DNA from: Acidimicrobiia bacterium
GTDB lineage: Bacteria; Actinomycetota; Acidimicrobiia; Spongiisociales; ZC4RG35
Direction of reading: 5' to 3'
Assembly (NCBI GenBank): GCA_965220995.1
Contig: OZ244856.1
Coordinates: 514,928 to 578,927, forward strand
DNA: 64,000 nucleotides
In this document: piece by piece, positions 27,602 to 36,951 of the stretch
Position numbering within the stretch: the stretch's first letter is position 1
Layout: each line of letters begins with the position of its first letter
Translations under genes and position numbers: made by a program
Notes under the pieces: model-generated
Database searches by the model: none
What the model saw: the letters and a program-made list of their open reading frames with translations, nothing else
Told to the model about the DNA's origin: nothing

Positions 27602-27716
27602 TGATCGCTTCGGCCAAGCGTATATCCCCCTTTGGGCCAAAAATCGGCGGGTTGGGACTTGTAACCTGAATTTGACGGCTCCGGTCGAAACACCAACGCG
27701 CAAGAAGGAGAAACCG

Positions 27717-28325
27717 ATGACCCTTTTCACCCCGCATCATGAAGTGCTGGCTGCCCGGTTGCACCGGCCCTCCGCCGCCCTGTCCTCGGCCACGGTGTGG
27801 GTGATGCAGGTGACCGGGTTCGCCCTGTTGACCGCCCTCTTCGCCCAGTTCACCATCCGTCTCCCCTTCACTCCGGTGCCGATCACCGGCCAAACCTTTG
27901 CGGTGCTCCTTTCCGGCGCCGCCCTGGGGATGTGGGCGGGGGGCGCCAGCCAGATTCTCTACCTGCTGCTGGGCACTTTCCTGCCGTTCTACGCCAACGG
28001 CGCTTCGGGGACCGAAGTGCTGTTCGGGGCCACCGGCGGGTACCTGTTCGGGTTCGTGGTGGCTGCCGCGGTGGTGGGCAGGCTGGCGGAGCGCCACCAC
28101 GACCGGCGAGTGATCTCGGCGGTGACCGCGTTTTTGACCGGCAGTCTGCTGATCTACGTTTTCGGGGTGATCGGGCTGATGGCCGCCGCCGACATGGACC
28201 TGGTTACCGCCCTGGAACTGGGGGTGGCGCCCTTCATCCTGGGCGATGTGGTGAAAGCCTACGCGGCCGGCCTGCTGCTCCCAGCCGCCTGGCGTCTTAC
28301 CAGACGCAACTCCCAGGAGGTCTAA
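27717..28325 (+). CDS. bioY: BioY-family biotin transporter (ECF S-component-like)
   Basis: PFTPVPITGQTFAVLLSGAALG...GTFLPFYANGASG...GATGGYLFGF core. AAGGAG RBS 7 nt upstream. Start trimmed from the ORF track. Confidence 0.8.
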   Translation: MTLFTPHHEVLAARLHRPSAALSSATVWVMQVTGFALLTALFAQFTIRLPFTPVPITGQTFAVLLSGAALGMWAGGASQILYLLLGTFLPFYANGASGTEVLFGATGGYLFGFVVAAAVVGRLAERHHDRRVISAVTAFLTGSLLIYVFGVIGLMAAADMDLVTALELGVAPFILGDVVKAYAAGLLLPAAWRLTRRNSQEV

Positions 28326-28564
28326 TGGGAACACGAACACACATCTCCAAGTGGGGTTCCAGTCTGGCGGTCCGAATCCCCAAGGCGATAGCAGACCAAT
28401 GGGGTGTGCGAGAAGGCTCACCAATTGAGATAGCGCCTCGCGGAGACCGAATCGTTCTGCGAAGAACCCCTAACGATCTGGACCGCATGTTGGAACTGAT
28501 GACCGAAGACAACTTCCATGCCGACCAGGACTTCGGCCCTCCTCAAGGGGTCGAAGCCTGGTAG
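28325..28564 (+). CDS. AbrB/MazE-family (SpoVT-AbrB fold) antitoxin-like small protein; no toxin partner found
   Basis: MGTRTHISKWGSSLAVRIPKAIADQWGVREGSPIEIAPRGDRIVLRR is a typical MazE/AbrB swapped-hairpin domain. The start overlaps the bioY stop (TAATG). GGAGG RBS. Confidence 0.7.
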   Translation: MGTRTHISKWGSSLAVRIPKAIADQWGVREGSPIEIAPRGDRIVLRRTPNDLDRMLELMTEDNFHADQDFGPPQGVEAW

Positions 28565-28611
28565 GACTCGCCAGGAGGGGAAGTCACCTACAGCTCAACT
28601 GCTACTGACAT

Positions 28612-28892
28612 AGAGCCTGCGCGATGGATTATTGGGGAAGGTCGCGAAAAACAGGGTGGCCGAGTGCTTGACTTTGTCTCCCGGGTGACACATAGTGATA
28701 GGAGTCAAGCACCTCCCGGTCTGTTCCGACGTCGACCAGACCGGCCGCAGGGACCATATTGTCGGGAAAGCGAATCCCGTTCTGCGTGACGGTTTCGCGT
28801 CCCGACCCCAGGAAAGGTGGTGGCGGGGGAGGGTCCCTCGGGACAGAAATTTTCGGGGCGTTTTCGCGAGACAGTGTTTGATTTCACAAGTT
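28612..28892. repeat. Interspersed repeat, copy A (~281 bp), near-identical to 59702-59985; terminal inverted repeats CGCGAAAAACAG, internal hairpins and a sigma70-like promoter
   Basis: By-eye alignment to copy B gives ~85-90% identity, with indels that break any reading frame. TIR-L gtcgcgaaaaacagg and TIR-R cgttttcgcgag. 10-bp stem gtgcttgact...agtcaagcac encloses TTGACT-17nt-CATAGT. Second hairpin ccggtctg...cagaccgg. Confidence 0.8.
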
Positions 28893-28986
28893 CTCTTTGC
28901 CTCCCAACCCGCTATCTCTCCAAAGCTCATCTGCCACTGACACAAGAGTCAGCCCCGGCCTCTCTGGGATCGGGAGGTTCTCAGAC

Positions 28987-29787
28987 CTACGCATCCTCGG
29001 TTTGGCCGAGATAGGCTCCTATCACTTCGGGATTGTTCTGCACTTCCTCGGGCTTCCCGTCGGCGATTTTGCGGCCGAAGTCGAGCACCATCACCCGGTC
29101 GGCGATGTCCATCACCAGGCCCATGTCGTGTTCCACCAGGATCATGCTGATTCCCAACTCGTCCTGGATGTCGAGAATGAACCGGGCCATGTCCTCGGTC
29201 TCCTCCAGGTTCATGCCCGCCACCGGTTCGTCCAGCAGCAGTAGTTCGGGCTCCATCGCCAGGGCCCGTCCCAATTCGACTCGTTTCTGAACGCCGTAGG
29301 GGAGCAGTCCCACCGGATATTTGCGCCACTGCTCTATTTCCAGAAAGTCGATGATGTCCTCCACCTTGAAGCGGTTTTCCAACTCTTCCCGCTTGGCCCG
29401 ACCCCACCACAGGGCGCCGGACAAGAAGCCGTGTCCCATCCGGATGTGTCGACCGGAGAGAATGTTCTCCATCACCGTCATGTGGGCAAAAAGCTCTATG
29501 TTCTGAAACGTGCGGGCGATACCCCGCTCGGCGGTCTGGTTGGGCCGCAGTCCCATCAGGGATTCGCCCTTCCAGAGAATCGACCCGTTCTGAGGCCGGT
29601 AGACCTGGTTGATGCAGTTGAAAATGGAGGTCTTACCCGCCCCGTTGGGACCGATTATCGAAAACAACTCGCCTTCGTCCACATGAAACGACACCCCTTC
29701 CAGGGCCACCAACCCCTTGAAGGAAAGCCCGATCTCCCGCACATCCAGCAAAGGGACGGCTGCATCCGAGCCGCTCACGACAGCCAC
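28987..29787 (-). CDS. livG: Branched-chain amino acid ABC transporter ATP-binding protein LivG
   Basis: 266 aa. Walker A GPNGAGKTS, LivG-type insertion, LLLLDEPVAGMN. Confidence 0.85.
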   Translation of the reverse strand: MAVVSGSDAAVPLLDVREIGLSFKGLVALEGVSFHVDEGELFSIIGPNGAGKTSIFNCINQVYRPQNGSILWKGESLMGLRPNQTAERGIARTFQNIELFAHMTVMENILSGRHIRMGHGFLSGALWWGRAKREELENRFKVEDIIDFLEIEQWRKYPVGLLPYGVQKRVELGRALAMEPELLLLDEPVAGMNLEETEDMARFILDIQDELGISMILVEHDMGLVMDIADRVMVLDFGRKIADGKPEEVQNNPEVIGAYLGQTEDA

Positions 29788-30563
29788 CGCTTGCGGCGCT
29801 TGTAATGTTTGACGTCCCGGAACGACTTGCGTTCTCCGGCCTGAAGTCCCAGGTAGAACTCCTGAATGTCCTCGTCGCCCGCCAGTTTCTCGGCGCTTCC
29901 GTCCATCACCATCTTGCCGTTCTCCATCACGTAACCATGATCGGCAATGGAAAGGGCCATGTGGGCGTTCTGTTCGATCAGCAGCACGGCGGTGCCCTGA
30001 CGGTTGATCTCCACGATTATCTCGGCGATCAGTCCCACCAGCCGGGGCGCCAAGCCCAGGGAAGGTTCATCGAGGATCATCAATTTCGGGGACTGCATCA
30101 ACGCCCGGGCGATAGCCAGCATCTGCTGCTCTCCCCCCGACATGTATCCGGCCACCTGGCTGCGCCGTTCGGCAAGCGCCGGGAATAGCGCCATCACCCG
30201 TTCCCGGGCCTCTCGGACCGCGCGGCGGTCGCGGTTGATGTAGGCCCCGGCGGCCAGGTTCTCGTCCACCGTCAACTCCACGAAGATGCGCCGGCCCTCC
30301 ATCACCTGGCTGATTCCCATTCGCACCCTCTCCGACGGCAGCGTGTGGGTGATGTCTTGGCCGCCGAAATTGATCGAACCCTTGGTTACATCCCCCTCGT
30401 GGACATCCAGCAAACCGGTGATCGCCCGGGCGGTGGTGGTCTTGCCCGCTCCGTTGGCGCCCAACAGGGCCACGATTGAATCCTGCGGCGCCTCAAGAGA
30501 GATGCCCCTCAGCACCAGCGCGACATCGTTGTATACGACTTCCAGGTTGGAAACTTCAAGCAT
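29775..30563 (-). CDS. livF: Branched-chain amino acid ABC transporter ATP-binding protein LivF
   Basis: 262 aa. GANGAGKTT, MSGGEQQMLAIARAL, LMILDEPSLGLAP. Confidence 0.85.
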   Translation of the reverse strand: MLEVSNLEVVYNDVALVLRGISLEAPQDSIVALLGANGAGKTTTARAITGLLDVHEGDVTKGSINFGGQDITHTLPSERVRMGISQVMEGRRIFVELTVDENLAAGAYINRDRRAVREARERVMALFPALAERRSQVAGYMSGGEQQMLAIARALMQSPKLMILDEPSLGLAPRLVGLIAEIIVEINRQGTAVLLIEQNAHMALSIADHGYVMENGKMVMDGSAEKLAGDEDIQEFYLGLQAGERKSFRDVKHYKRRKRWLS

Positions 30564-30643
30564 GGTTCAACCCTCGATCGGGCAAAGCGGCCGGGGGTCG
30601 GCCCGCCCACAGGGGAGGCCGACCCCCGACTGCACAGTGTTTC

Positions 30644-32080
30644 TCAGGAGAGCTTGTAGCAAGCCTCCTCGAATACGTAATCGGCCGCGATCGGATGGGT
30701 GTAGGCCCGCTCGATCACCCGGATGCCGGTGGGAGAGGTACCGGCCGCCAGAGCCTCCGGATCGGGACGATTGATCCAGATCTGGCGCTGGAGACGCTCG
30801 TTGGCGCTCCCGACATAGCTCTCGCTGGGAGCGAGGCCGCGGAAGTCGATCTCCTCGATGCTCTTGGCCGCCGCCAGGACTCCGCCCTGGGTCAGATCGC
30901 CGTTCTCATAGGCGATATTCAGAGCCTCATGAAGGATCATGGCCTCGACGAATCCCTCCACCACGTAGTCGATGAGGGGAACCTCCGGGGCATATGTGGC
31001 CATCAGTTCCCTGAGGAACTCCGTACCGGGGTTGTCCTCGATGATCGGCGAGAAGTAGATGGTCGTGTAGAAGTCGCGGGCGATGGCGTCCTTGATGGGG
31101 GAATCGGGCGCCACCAAGGCCTGGCTCCACACCGGAGCAGCCCCCGACCAGCGGGCCTCAAAGCCCTGGGAGATGGCCGCACCGTAAACCTCGGTGAGGG
31201 TGGCGGCGTTGGCCGTGACCCACACTATGTCGGCGCCGCTCTGGGCAATGGCATTGCCGATCGGAGCATTGTCCTGTCCGGGAATCACCGCCCCCGAACC
31301 GTCGTACACCACATCGATGCCCAGGGTTTGGGCCGCGATCTTGGCGCCTTCGGCCGAGTCCAGTCCGTAGTCACCGGGGAAGGAGGCGACCGCCAGGGTG
31401 GGACTTGCCACACCGTCGGCCACCGCCAGATCGTGCAGGTAACCGATCATGTTCATTGCCTCTATGCAGTAAGGCGTTCCATGGGAGAGGAGGTTGGCGT
31501 TCAACGCCGGGTCCGACCAGCCCGAGTACCAGGTGAGGGGAATGGCCAGGATGCCATCCTCTTCCAGGTTCTCCCGGATGGCCACGGTGTGCGGCGACCC
31601 GGTGGAATGGCCGAAGGCCACCACCTCGTCCTTCAATTCCTCGTAGAACTGAACATGATTGTCCACCGAATAGACGGTGTCCCGGTACTCCAACTCCACG
31701 GTCAACCCGTGGATACCGCCATGGGCGTTCACGTCCGCCCAATAAGCGTTGGCGCCGGCCACCACCAATCCCACCAGACCTCCGAAAGCGCCGGTCAGAT
31801 CGGAGAGCATTCCCACCTTGATGACGCCGGCATCGAGATCAACCCCGATGTCGGTGGCGACCATCATGTCCATGGGCTCATCCTCTTCCATCGGCTCCTC
31901 TTCCTCCATGGGCTCCTCTTCGGGAGCGGCCGTGGTGGCAGGAGCCGCCGTGGTGGTGGGAGCCGCCGTGGTGGTGGGAGCCGCCGTGGTGGCGGGTTCC
32001 GCGTCGTCGTCTCCGCCGCAGGAGGCTGCGATCAGGGCCACTGCCATGACCATGGCCAACCATTTGAATTTACTCTTCAT
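30644..32080 (-). CDS. Branched-chain amino-acid-type ABC substrate-binding lipoprotein (Thr/Ala/Pro and acidic linker)
   Basis: Lipobox LIAASCGG. ATTAAPTTTAAP and EEEPMEEEEPMEED low-complexity. Type-I periplasmic binding fold. Confidence 0.8.
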   Translation of the reverse strand: MKSKFKWLAMVMAVALIAASCGGDDDAEPATTAAPTTTAAPTTTAAPATTAAPEEEPMEEEEPMEEDEPMDMMVATDIGVDLDAGVIKVGMLSDLTGAFGGLVGLVVAGANAYWADVNAHGGIHGLTVELEYRDTVYSVDNHVQFYEELKDEVVAFGHSTGSPHTVAIRENLEEDGILAIPLTWYSGWSDPALNANLLSHGTPYCIEAMNMIGYLHDLAVADGVASPTLAVASFPGDYGLDSAEGAKIAAQTLGIDVVYDGSGAVIPGQDNAPIGNAIAQSGADIVWVTANAATLTEVYGAAISQGFEARWSGAAPVWSQALVAPDSPIKDAIARDFYTTIYFSPIIEDNPGTEFLRELMATYAPEVPLIDYVVEGFVEAMILHEALNIAYENGDLTQGGVLAAAKSIEEIDFRGLAPSESYVGSANERLQRQIWINRPDPEALAAGTSPTGIRVIERAYTHPIAADYVFEEACYKLS

Positions 32081-32181
32081 CTCCTTCTCCTTAACTTGGT
32101 GTTTTACTTTTCCGCGTGTGTCAGGGGTTAAGACTAGAGAAACCCGCAGCGGGACTGCTCCCGAAACCCCGTGTCAACCAA

Positions 32182-33372
32182 TCAATATGTGAATGGCCAC
32201 CCCTTCCAGTAATTGCGTACCCGAAGCCAGATCCCGTACAGACCCAACGGCTCAAAGACCATGAACAGCACGATCAGAAGGCCGAACAGGACCTGATTGA
32301 GCTGAAACACCGACAGGCCCGGCCCCACCCCCGGAATGGTGTTTATCAACCCCCTGTCCTCGGCGGATACCGCCACCACCAGGTCGGCGACCGTGGCCAG
32401 GGTGCTCTCGCCCCGTTCGATCACCTCCGACAGCCACTCCGTGAAATCCTGGACCAAACGGGGCAGGAGGATCACGAAGGCGGCGCCCATCAATGCTCCC
32501 GACACGGTGCCGGCGCCCCCGATCAGGATGATGGCGATGAACTCCACCGACAAGAACAGATCCCAGGTCTCGGGGATCTGCCGTCCCACAAACGAGGCGA
32601 ACAAGGCCCCGGCCACTCCGGCAAAGGCCGAGGAGATACCGAAGGCCGTCAACTTGTAGCGGAATTCGTTCACACCCATCACCTCGGCGGCGATGTCCCG
32701 GTCGCGGATCGCCTGAAAGGCGCGTCCGGTGCGGGTGCGTTGCAGATTCTTGGCCACCAGGGTCGCCACCACCAAAAACCCCAGCATCAGCAGATAAACC
32801 TTGGCCTCCTCGCTGATTTCAAAACCCAGCCACACCCCGTCGGAGGCAAAATCCGCCACGGGTTCCTCTTCTTTCCACACCCTCCACTGGAATTCGGGGA
32901 ACTTTCTTCCGGCAAAGGCCCCGCCGGTGACAAACTTGAGATTGCGCCACGCCCACTCGCCGATGAACACCAGGCCCAAAGTGGCAAATGCCAGGTAAAG
33001 TCCCCGGACCCGGACCGCGGCCGGACCCACCAGGAGCCCGATGATCGCCGGGATGATCCCCGCCATGGGAAGCCAGATCCACATGGGCAGACCCAGTCCC
33101 CACAGATCACCGGGCGGCGCGCCGAAGACCACCGCCACGTAGGCGCCGAGGCCCATGAAAAAGGCATGCCCCAGGGACACCTGCCCGGCCACTCCGGTCA
33201 GCAGGTTGATGCCCAGGGCGCCGATGCCGAAAATGGCCACATGGGACAAGAGTTTCATCCAATCGTTGTCTCCCAGGAAGTCGGGGTAGAAGGGAATGCT
33301 GGAAGCGATCGGCGCCAAGGCCGCCAGCACCAGGAAGACGCCCAGCACCACCTTCTTGGTGACGGTGGGCAT
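32182..33372 (-). CDS. livM: Branched-chain amino acid ABC transporter permease LivM
   Basis: Start trimmed to MPTVTKKVVLGV. The N-terminal 250 aa of the 650-aa ORF-track entry is a spurious overlap with livH. Confidence 0.85.
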   Translation of the reverse strand: MPTVTKKVVLGVFLVLAALAPIASSIPFYPDFLGDNDWMKLLSHVAIFGIGALGINLLTGVAGQVSLGHAFFMGLGAYVAVVFGAPPGDLWGLGLPMWIWLPMAGIIPAIIGLLVGPAAVRVRGLYLAFATLGLVFIGEWAWRNLKFVTGGAFAGRKFPEFQWRVWKEEEPVADFASDGVWLGFEISEEAKVYLLMLGFLVVATLVAKNLQRTRTGRAFQAIRDRDIAAEVMGVNEFRYKLTAFGISSAFAGVAGALFASFVGRQIPETWDLFLSVEFIAIILIGGAGTVSGALMGAAFVILLPRLVQDFTEWLSEVIERGESTLATVADLVVAVSAEDRGLINTIPGVGPGLSVFQLNQVLFGLLIVLFMVFEPLGLYGIWLRVRNYWKGWPFTY

Positions 33373-33419
33373 CAAGGCCTGGTCGGAGGAGTAGGAGGTG
33401 TGAAGGTGGGGTCGCCCTC

Positions 33420-34379
33420 TCATACCCGCCTGATCTCCTCGGTGCCGAAAATGCCGTACGGCCTGACGAACAAGACTCCCACCATCAACAGATACGGCAC
33501 GATCCCCGAAAACCCGGTTCCGAACCAGGGATGGTTGAGATAACTGCCCGCCAGAGACTCGGCCACCCCCACGGACAGCCCCCCGATCACCGCCCCCACC
33601 ACCGAGTCCAACCCTCCCAGGATGATGGCCGGAAAGGCGCGGAACACCAGCAACGCGGTGTCCGAATAGACCCCGACCCGCCGGGGATACACCGAACCGA
33701 AGATACCCCCCACCGTGGCCAGCACCGCCCCGATCGCCCAGGCAATCGCGAAAATCGCCCCTACCCTGATCCCCTGGGCGCGGGCCGCCTCCTGGTCGAA
33801 AGCCGTGGCCCGCATGGCTATCCCCGTGCGGGTTCGGAAAAAAGCGGCCACCATCAGCACCAGGGCCACCGCCACCAGAAACTGGGCGATCTCGGTGTGG
33901 GCGATGATCACGAATCCCAGATCGGCCACCGCGTCTCCCCAGGGATCGGCCATGGAACGAGGATCGGGGCCGATGTAGTCGGTGACGATGGTCATAAGAA
34001 TCACGTTCAACCCCAGGGTGACGATGGCCACCGAGAACAGGTCCTCTCCCACCATGGGACGCAGGAAGACTCGTTCCAGCACCATCCCCATCGCGGCCGA
34101 CAGCAGCAGGGCGGCCAGCACCGAGATCCCCCACCCCAAGAGCGGCGGCAGGTCCAGGAAACGACCCGGGAAATTGAGTTCCACCGCCACCCCGGCAGTG
34201 ATGAACGCCCCCACGGTGGCCAGGGCGCCGTGGGCGAAGTTCACCACCTGCGTGGCCTTGAATATGATCACAAACCCCATCGCCAACAGGGCATATATGG
34301 TGCCCAGGGACAGTCCGCTGACGATGGCCCCCGCCAGTTGGCTGTGGTCGGCCTGGGCAACTATCGCCGGTAGATCCAC
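33420..34379 (-). CDS. livH: Branched-chain amino acid ABC transporter permease LivH
   Basis: 319-aa polytopic permease. GTIYALLAMGFVIIFKAT...FAHGAL motif region. Confidence 0.85.
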   Translation of the reverse strand: MDLPAIVAQADHSQLAGAIVSGLSLGTIYALLAMGFVIIFKATQVVNFAHGALATVGAFITAGVAVELNFPGRFLDLPPLLGWGISVLAALLLSAAMGMVLERVFLRPMVGEDLFSVAIVTLGLNVILMTIVTDYIGPDPRSMADPWGDAVADLGFVIIAHTEIAQFLVAVALVLMVAAFFRTRTGIAMRATAFDQEAARAQGIRVGAIFAIAWAIGAVLATVGGIFGSVYPRRVGVYSDTALLVFRAFPAIILGGLDSVVGAVIGGLSVGVAESLAGSYLNHPWFGTGFSGIVPYLLMVGVLFVRPYGIFGTEEIRRV

Positions 34380-34423
34380 GGTCAGAGAAGTCTGCTCGGT
34401 CGGTTCGCCGCCGGGGAGACCAC

Positions 34424-36307
34424 TCAGCTTCTCCCCGAGTACATGTCCAGGATCAACTCCCCGAACATGTCCTCCATCGACTCTCTCTTGAGCTTCTGGG
34501 TGGCGGTCAGCTCCCCGTCCTCATGGTCGAGTTCCTTGGGAAGCATGCGGAATCTGCGAATGTTCTCCACCCGGGCGAACTTGCTGTTGGTGTGGTTGAT
34601 CACCCCCTGAATCAACTCGATCACCTCGGGTTTTTCCCCCAGATCCCGATAGGTGGTGTAGGGGATGCCCGCCCGGGTCGCCCAGTCACCCACGGTGTCG
34701 AACTCGATGCCGATCAGCGCCGTCAGGTAGTTGCGGCTGTCCCCGATCACCATGGCCTCCTTCACAAACGGAGACGTCTTCAAACTGTTCTCGATCTCCG
34801 AGGGGGATATGTTCTTCCCGCCGGAGGTGATGATGATGTGTTTGATGCGGTCCACGATCTTGACGTGCGTCTTGTCGACCCATACCCCCACATCCCCGGT
34901 GCGCAGCCACCCGTCTTCGGTGAAAGCCTCGGCGGTCTGTTCCGGCTTGTTCCAATACCCTCGGAAGACCCCCGGGTGCCTGGTCTGGATCTCCCCGGTC
35001 TCCGGGTCGATCCGAAGCCCGATTCCCGGGTAGGGCTCGCCCACCGTGCCCAACTTCATCCGTCCGTGGAAGTTGTTGGTGGCCACCGCCGCGTTCTCGG
35101 TCATCCCGTACAACTCGTAGAGGTTCACCCCCATCCCGTGAAAGAACTCGATCACCTCGGGAGCTATGGGAGCGGCGCCGGTCCCCGCCCAACGCACCCG
35201 GCGCAGGCCGATCCTCTCCCGGAGCGCCCGGAACACCAGCAGATACCCGATCCCGAACAGGACGCGGCTCAGCAGGGTGTGTCGGCCGCCGTTCTTCACC
35301 CTCTGGCGGCCGATGGTGCGGGCCAGTCCTTCCGCGAAGGACATGAAAGCCCGTTTGAACCGGGTGGCGTCCTTGCCCTTGATGAGCACCGTGGCGTGGA
35401 GCTTTTCCCAGATCCGGGGGACGGCGAAGAACAGGGTGGGTTGGATTTCTCGGAGGTTCTCCTGCACGGTCTCGATCGACTCGGCAAAATTGAGGGTGGT
35501 CCCCGAAGCCGCCGAGGTCCAGGTGGAAAAGATCCGCTCCGCCACGTGACAGAGCGGCAGATAGGTGAGAATCTCGTCGGTGGGAACGGGCCCCACGTCG
35601 CCCGGCATGCGCTGTCCGGCCCTGATGAGAACCTCAAAGCAGTATTCGACGTTGGCGTTGTCCAGCATCGCCCCTTTGGGAGGGCCGGTGGTGCCCGAGG
35701 TGTACACCAGGGTCATCACGTCGTCCGGACGGGCTTCCGCCATGCGCCGCTCCACCTCGCCCGGGTTTTCCTCCCGGTGGCGCCGGCCCAATTCCAAGAA
35801 CGCCTCCCAGAAGATGAAACGAGGGTCCTCCCGGTAGGAGCGAAACCCCCGCGGCTCCACATGAATGATCTTCCGCAAGTGGGGGAGGGTGTCGATCACC
35901 TCCATCAGTTTGTCGGCCTGCTCCTGGTCCTCGGCCAGGTGGACGACCGATCCGGAATCGGAAAGCAGATACTGGATCTCGGCAGCCGGATTGGTGGGAT
36001 ACAGGCCGACGGTGATTCCTCGCACCGCCACCGCGGCCAGATCCAGAATCACCCACTCGGGGCGGTCCTCGGAGTGGATGGAAACCCGATCTCCCACTTC
36101 CACCCCCAGCGCCAGCAGCCCGTGGGCGGCCAGGGACACCTGTTCCCAGTAGTCGGCCCAGGTGATCTCCTGCCAGATCCCGAAGTCCTTTTCCCGAAGC
36201 GCCACCAGGTCGGGAGTGCGCATGGCCCTGCGCCTCACCAGACTGGCCACCGTGACGGTCCCCGGTTCAACCCCGGACAGCCGGGTTTCTTCCATCACGG
36301 CGGTCAC
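34424..36307 (-). CDS. fadD: Long-chain fatty-acid--CoA ligase (AMP-dependent synthetase)
   Basis: 627 aa. AMP-binding motif LVYTSGTTGPPKGAML and C-terminal ITSGGKNISPSEIE. Confidence 0.85.
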   Translation of the reverse strand: MTAVMEETRLSGVEPGTVTVASLVRRRAMRTPDLVALREKDFGIWQEITWADYWEQVSLAAHGLLALGVEVGDRVSIHSEDRPEWVILDLAAVAVRGITVGLYPTNPAAEIQYLLSDSGSVVHLAEDQEQADKLMEVIDTLPHLRKIIHVEPRGFRSYREDPRFIFWEAFLELGRRHREENPGEVERRMAEARPDDVMTLVYTSGTTGPPKGAMLDNANVEYCFEVLIRAGQRMPGDVGPVPTDEILTYLPLCHVAERIFSTWTSAASGTTLNFAESIETVQENLREIQPTLFFAVPRIWEKLHATVLIKGKDATRFKRAFMSFAEGLARTIGRQRVKNGGRHTLLSRVLFGIGYLLVFRALRERIGLRRVRWAGTGAAPIAPEVIEFFHGMGVNLYELYGMTENAAVATNNFHGRMKLGTVGEPYPGIGLRIDPETGEIQTRHPGVFRGYWNKPEQTAEAFTEDGWLRTGDVGVWVDKTHVKIVDRIKHIIITSGGKNISPSEIENSLKTSPFVKEAMVIGDSRNYLTALIGIEFDTVGDWATRAGIPYTTYRDLGEKPEVIELIQGVINHTNSKFARVENIRRFRMLPKELDHEDGELTATQKLKRESMEDMFGELILDMYSGRS

Positions 36308-36389
36308 AGGCTGCTCCTTCCATGGCGCGGCATGGGTCTATGAGGATATCGAGGGAGTCAAGACCGAGAGGGCCGATCGGGCGATTGCC

Positions 36390-36833
36390 TCACGAGCCCA
36401 GAGACCATTCGGCGCCGCCCCCCCAGTGCTCCTTTTTCCAGATGGGGGCCCTTTCCTTCAGTTCGTCGATCAGATAGCGGGCCGCTGCGAATGCTTCCGC
36501 CCGATGGGCGCTCGACACCGCCACCGCCACCGCCACTCCTCCCACGTCCACCTTTCCCACCCGGTGTTCAACCGCCGCCGCGTAAAGCTCCCACCGGTTT
36601 GTCGCCTCGGCGGCAATCTCCCTGATCTTTTCGCACACCTGGGACCGATAGACCTCGTACTCCAGGTGGGTCACCCCAACTCTGCGGGGCGAATGGTTGC
36701 GCACCGTGCCGAGGAACAGCGCCACCGCCCCCGCCTCGGGGCGACCAACCTCGTTCAGCAGTGCAGCCACGTCTATGGGGTCTTCCACCACCGCCACCCG
36801 GGTTTGGGGCGTGTTTTCTGTCATGGGAACCAA
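36390..36833 (-). CDS. moaE: Molybdopterin synthase catalytic subunit MoaE
   Basis: 147 aa. MoaE-like VALFLGTVRNHS...HLEYEVYRS...ERAPIWKKEHW. Confidence 0.75.
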   Translation of the reverse strand: MVPMTENTPQTRVAVVEDPIDVAALLNEVGRPEAGAVALFLGTVRNHSPRRVGVTHLEYEVYRSQVCEKIREIAAEATNRWELYAAAVEHRVGKVDVGGVAVAVAVSSAHRAEAFAAARYLIDELKERAPIWKKEHWGGGAEWSLGS

Positions 36834-36951
36834 ATTAGCCGAACACCCTCCCCCGAACGGTACGCAACGGGGCCGCGGGAGATGAGGCGCCCGGCGGGCA
36901 GGGACCGGCAGGAAGGAGACAACCTCTTTTGTCGGACATACAATTGACAGG

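Noticed and set aside
28695-28940. 81-aa ORF (and its 93-aa twin at 59784-60065) beginning MIGVKHLPVCSDVDQTGRRDH
   Set aside because: Both lie wholly inside the two repeat copies. Indels between copies shift the frame, and only short stretches of amino-acid sequence are shared. The conservation is therefore at nucleotide or structure level, not protein level.
33373-34134. N-terminal 250 aa of the 650-aa ORF 32182-34134
   Set aside because: Overlaps livH in another frame and is low-complexity. livM clearly starts at MPTVTKK (33372).
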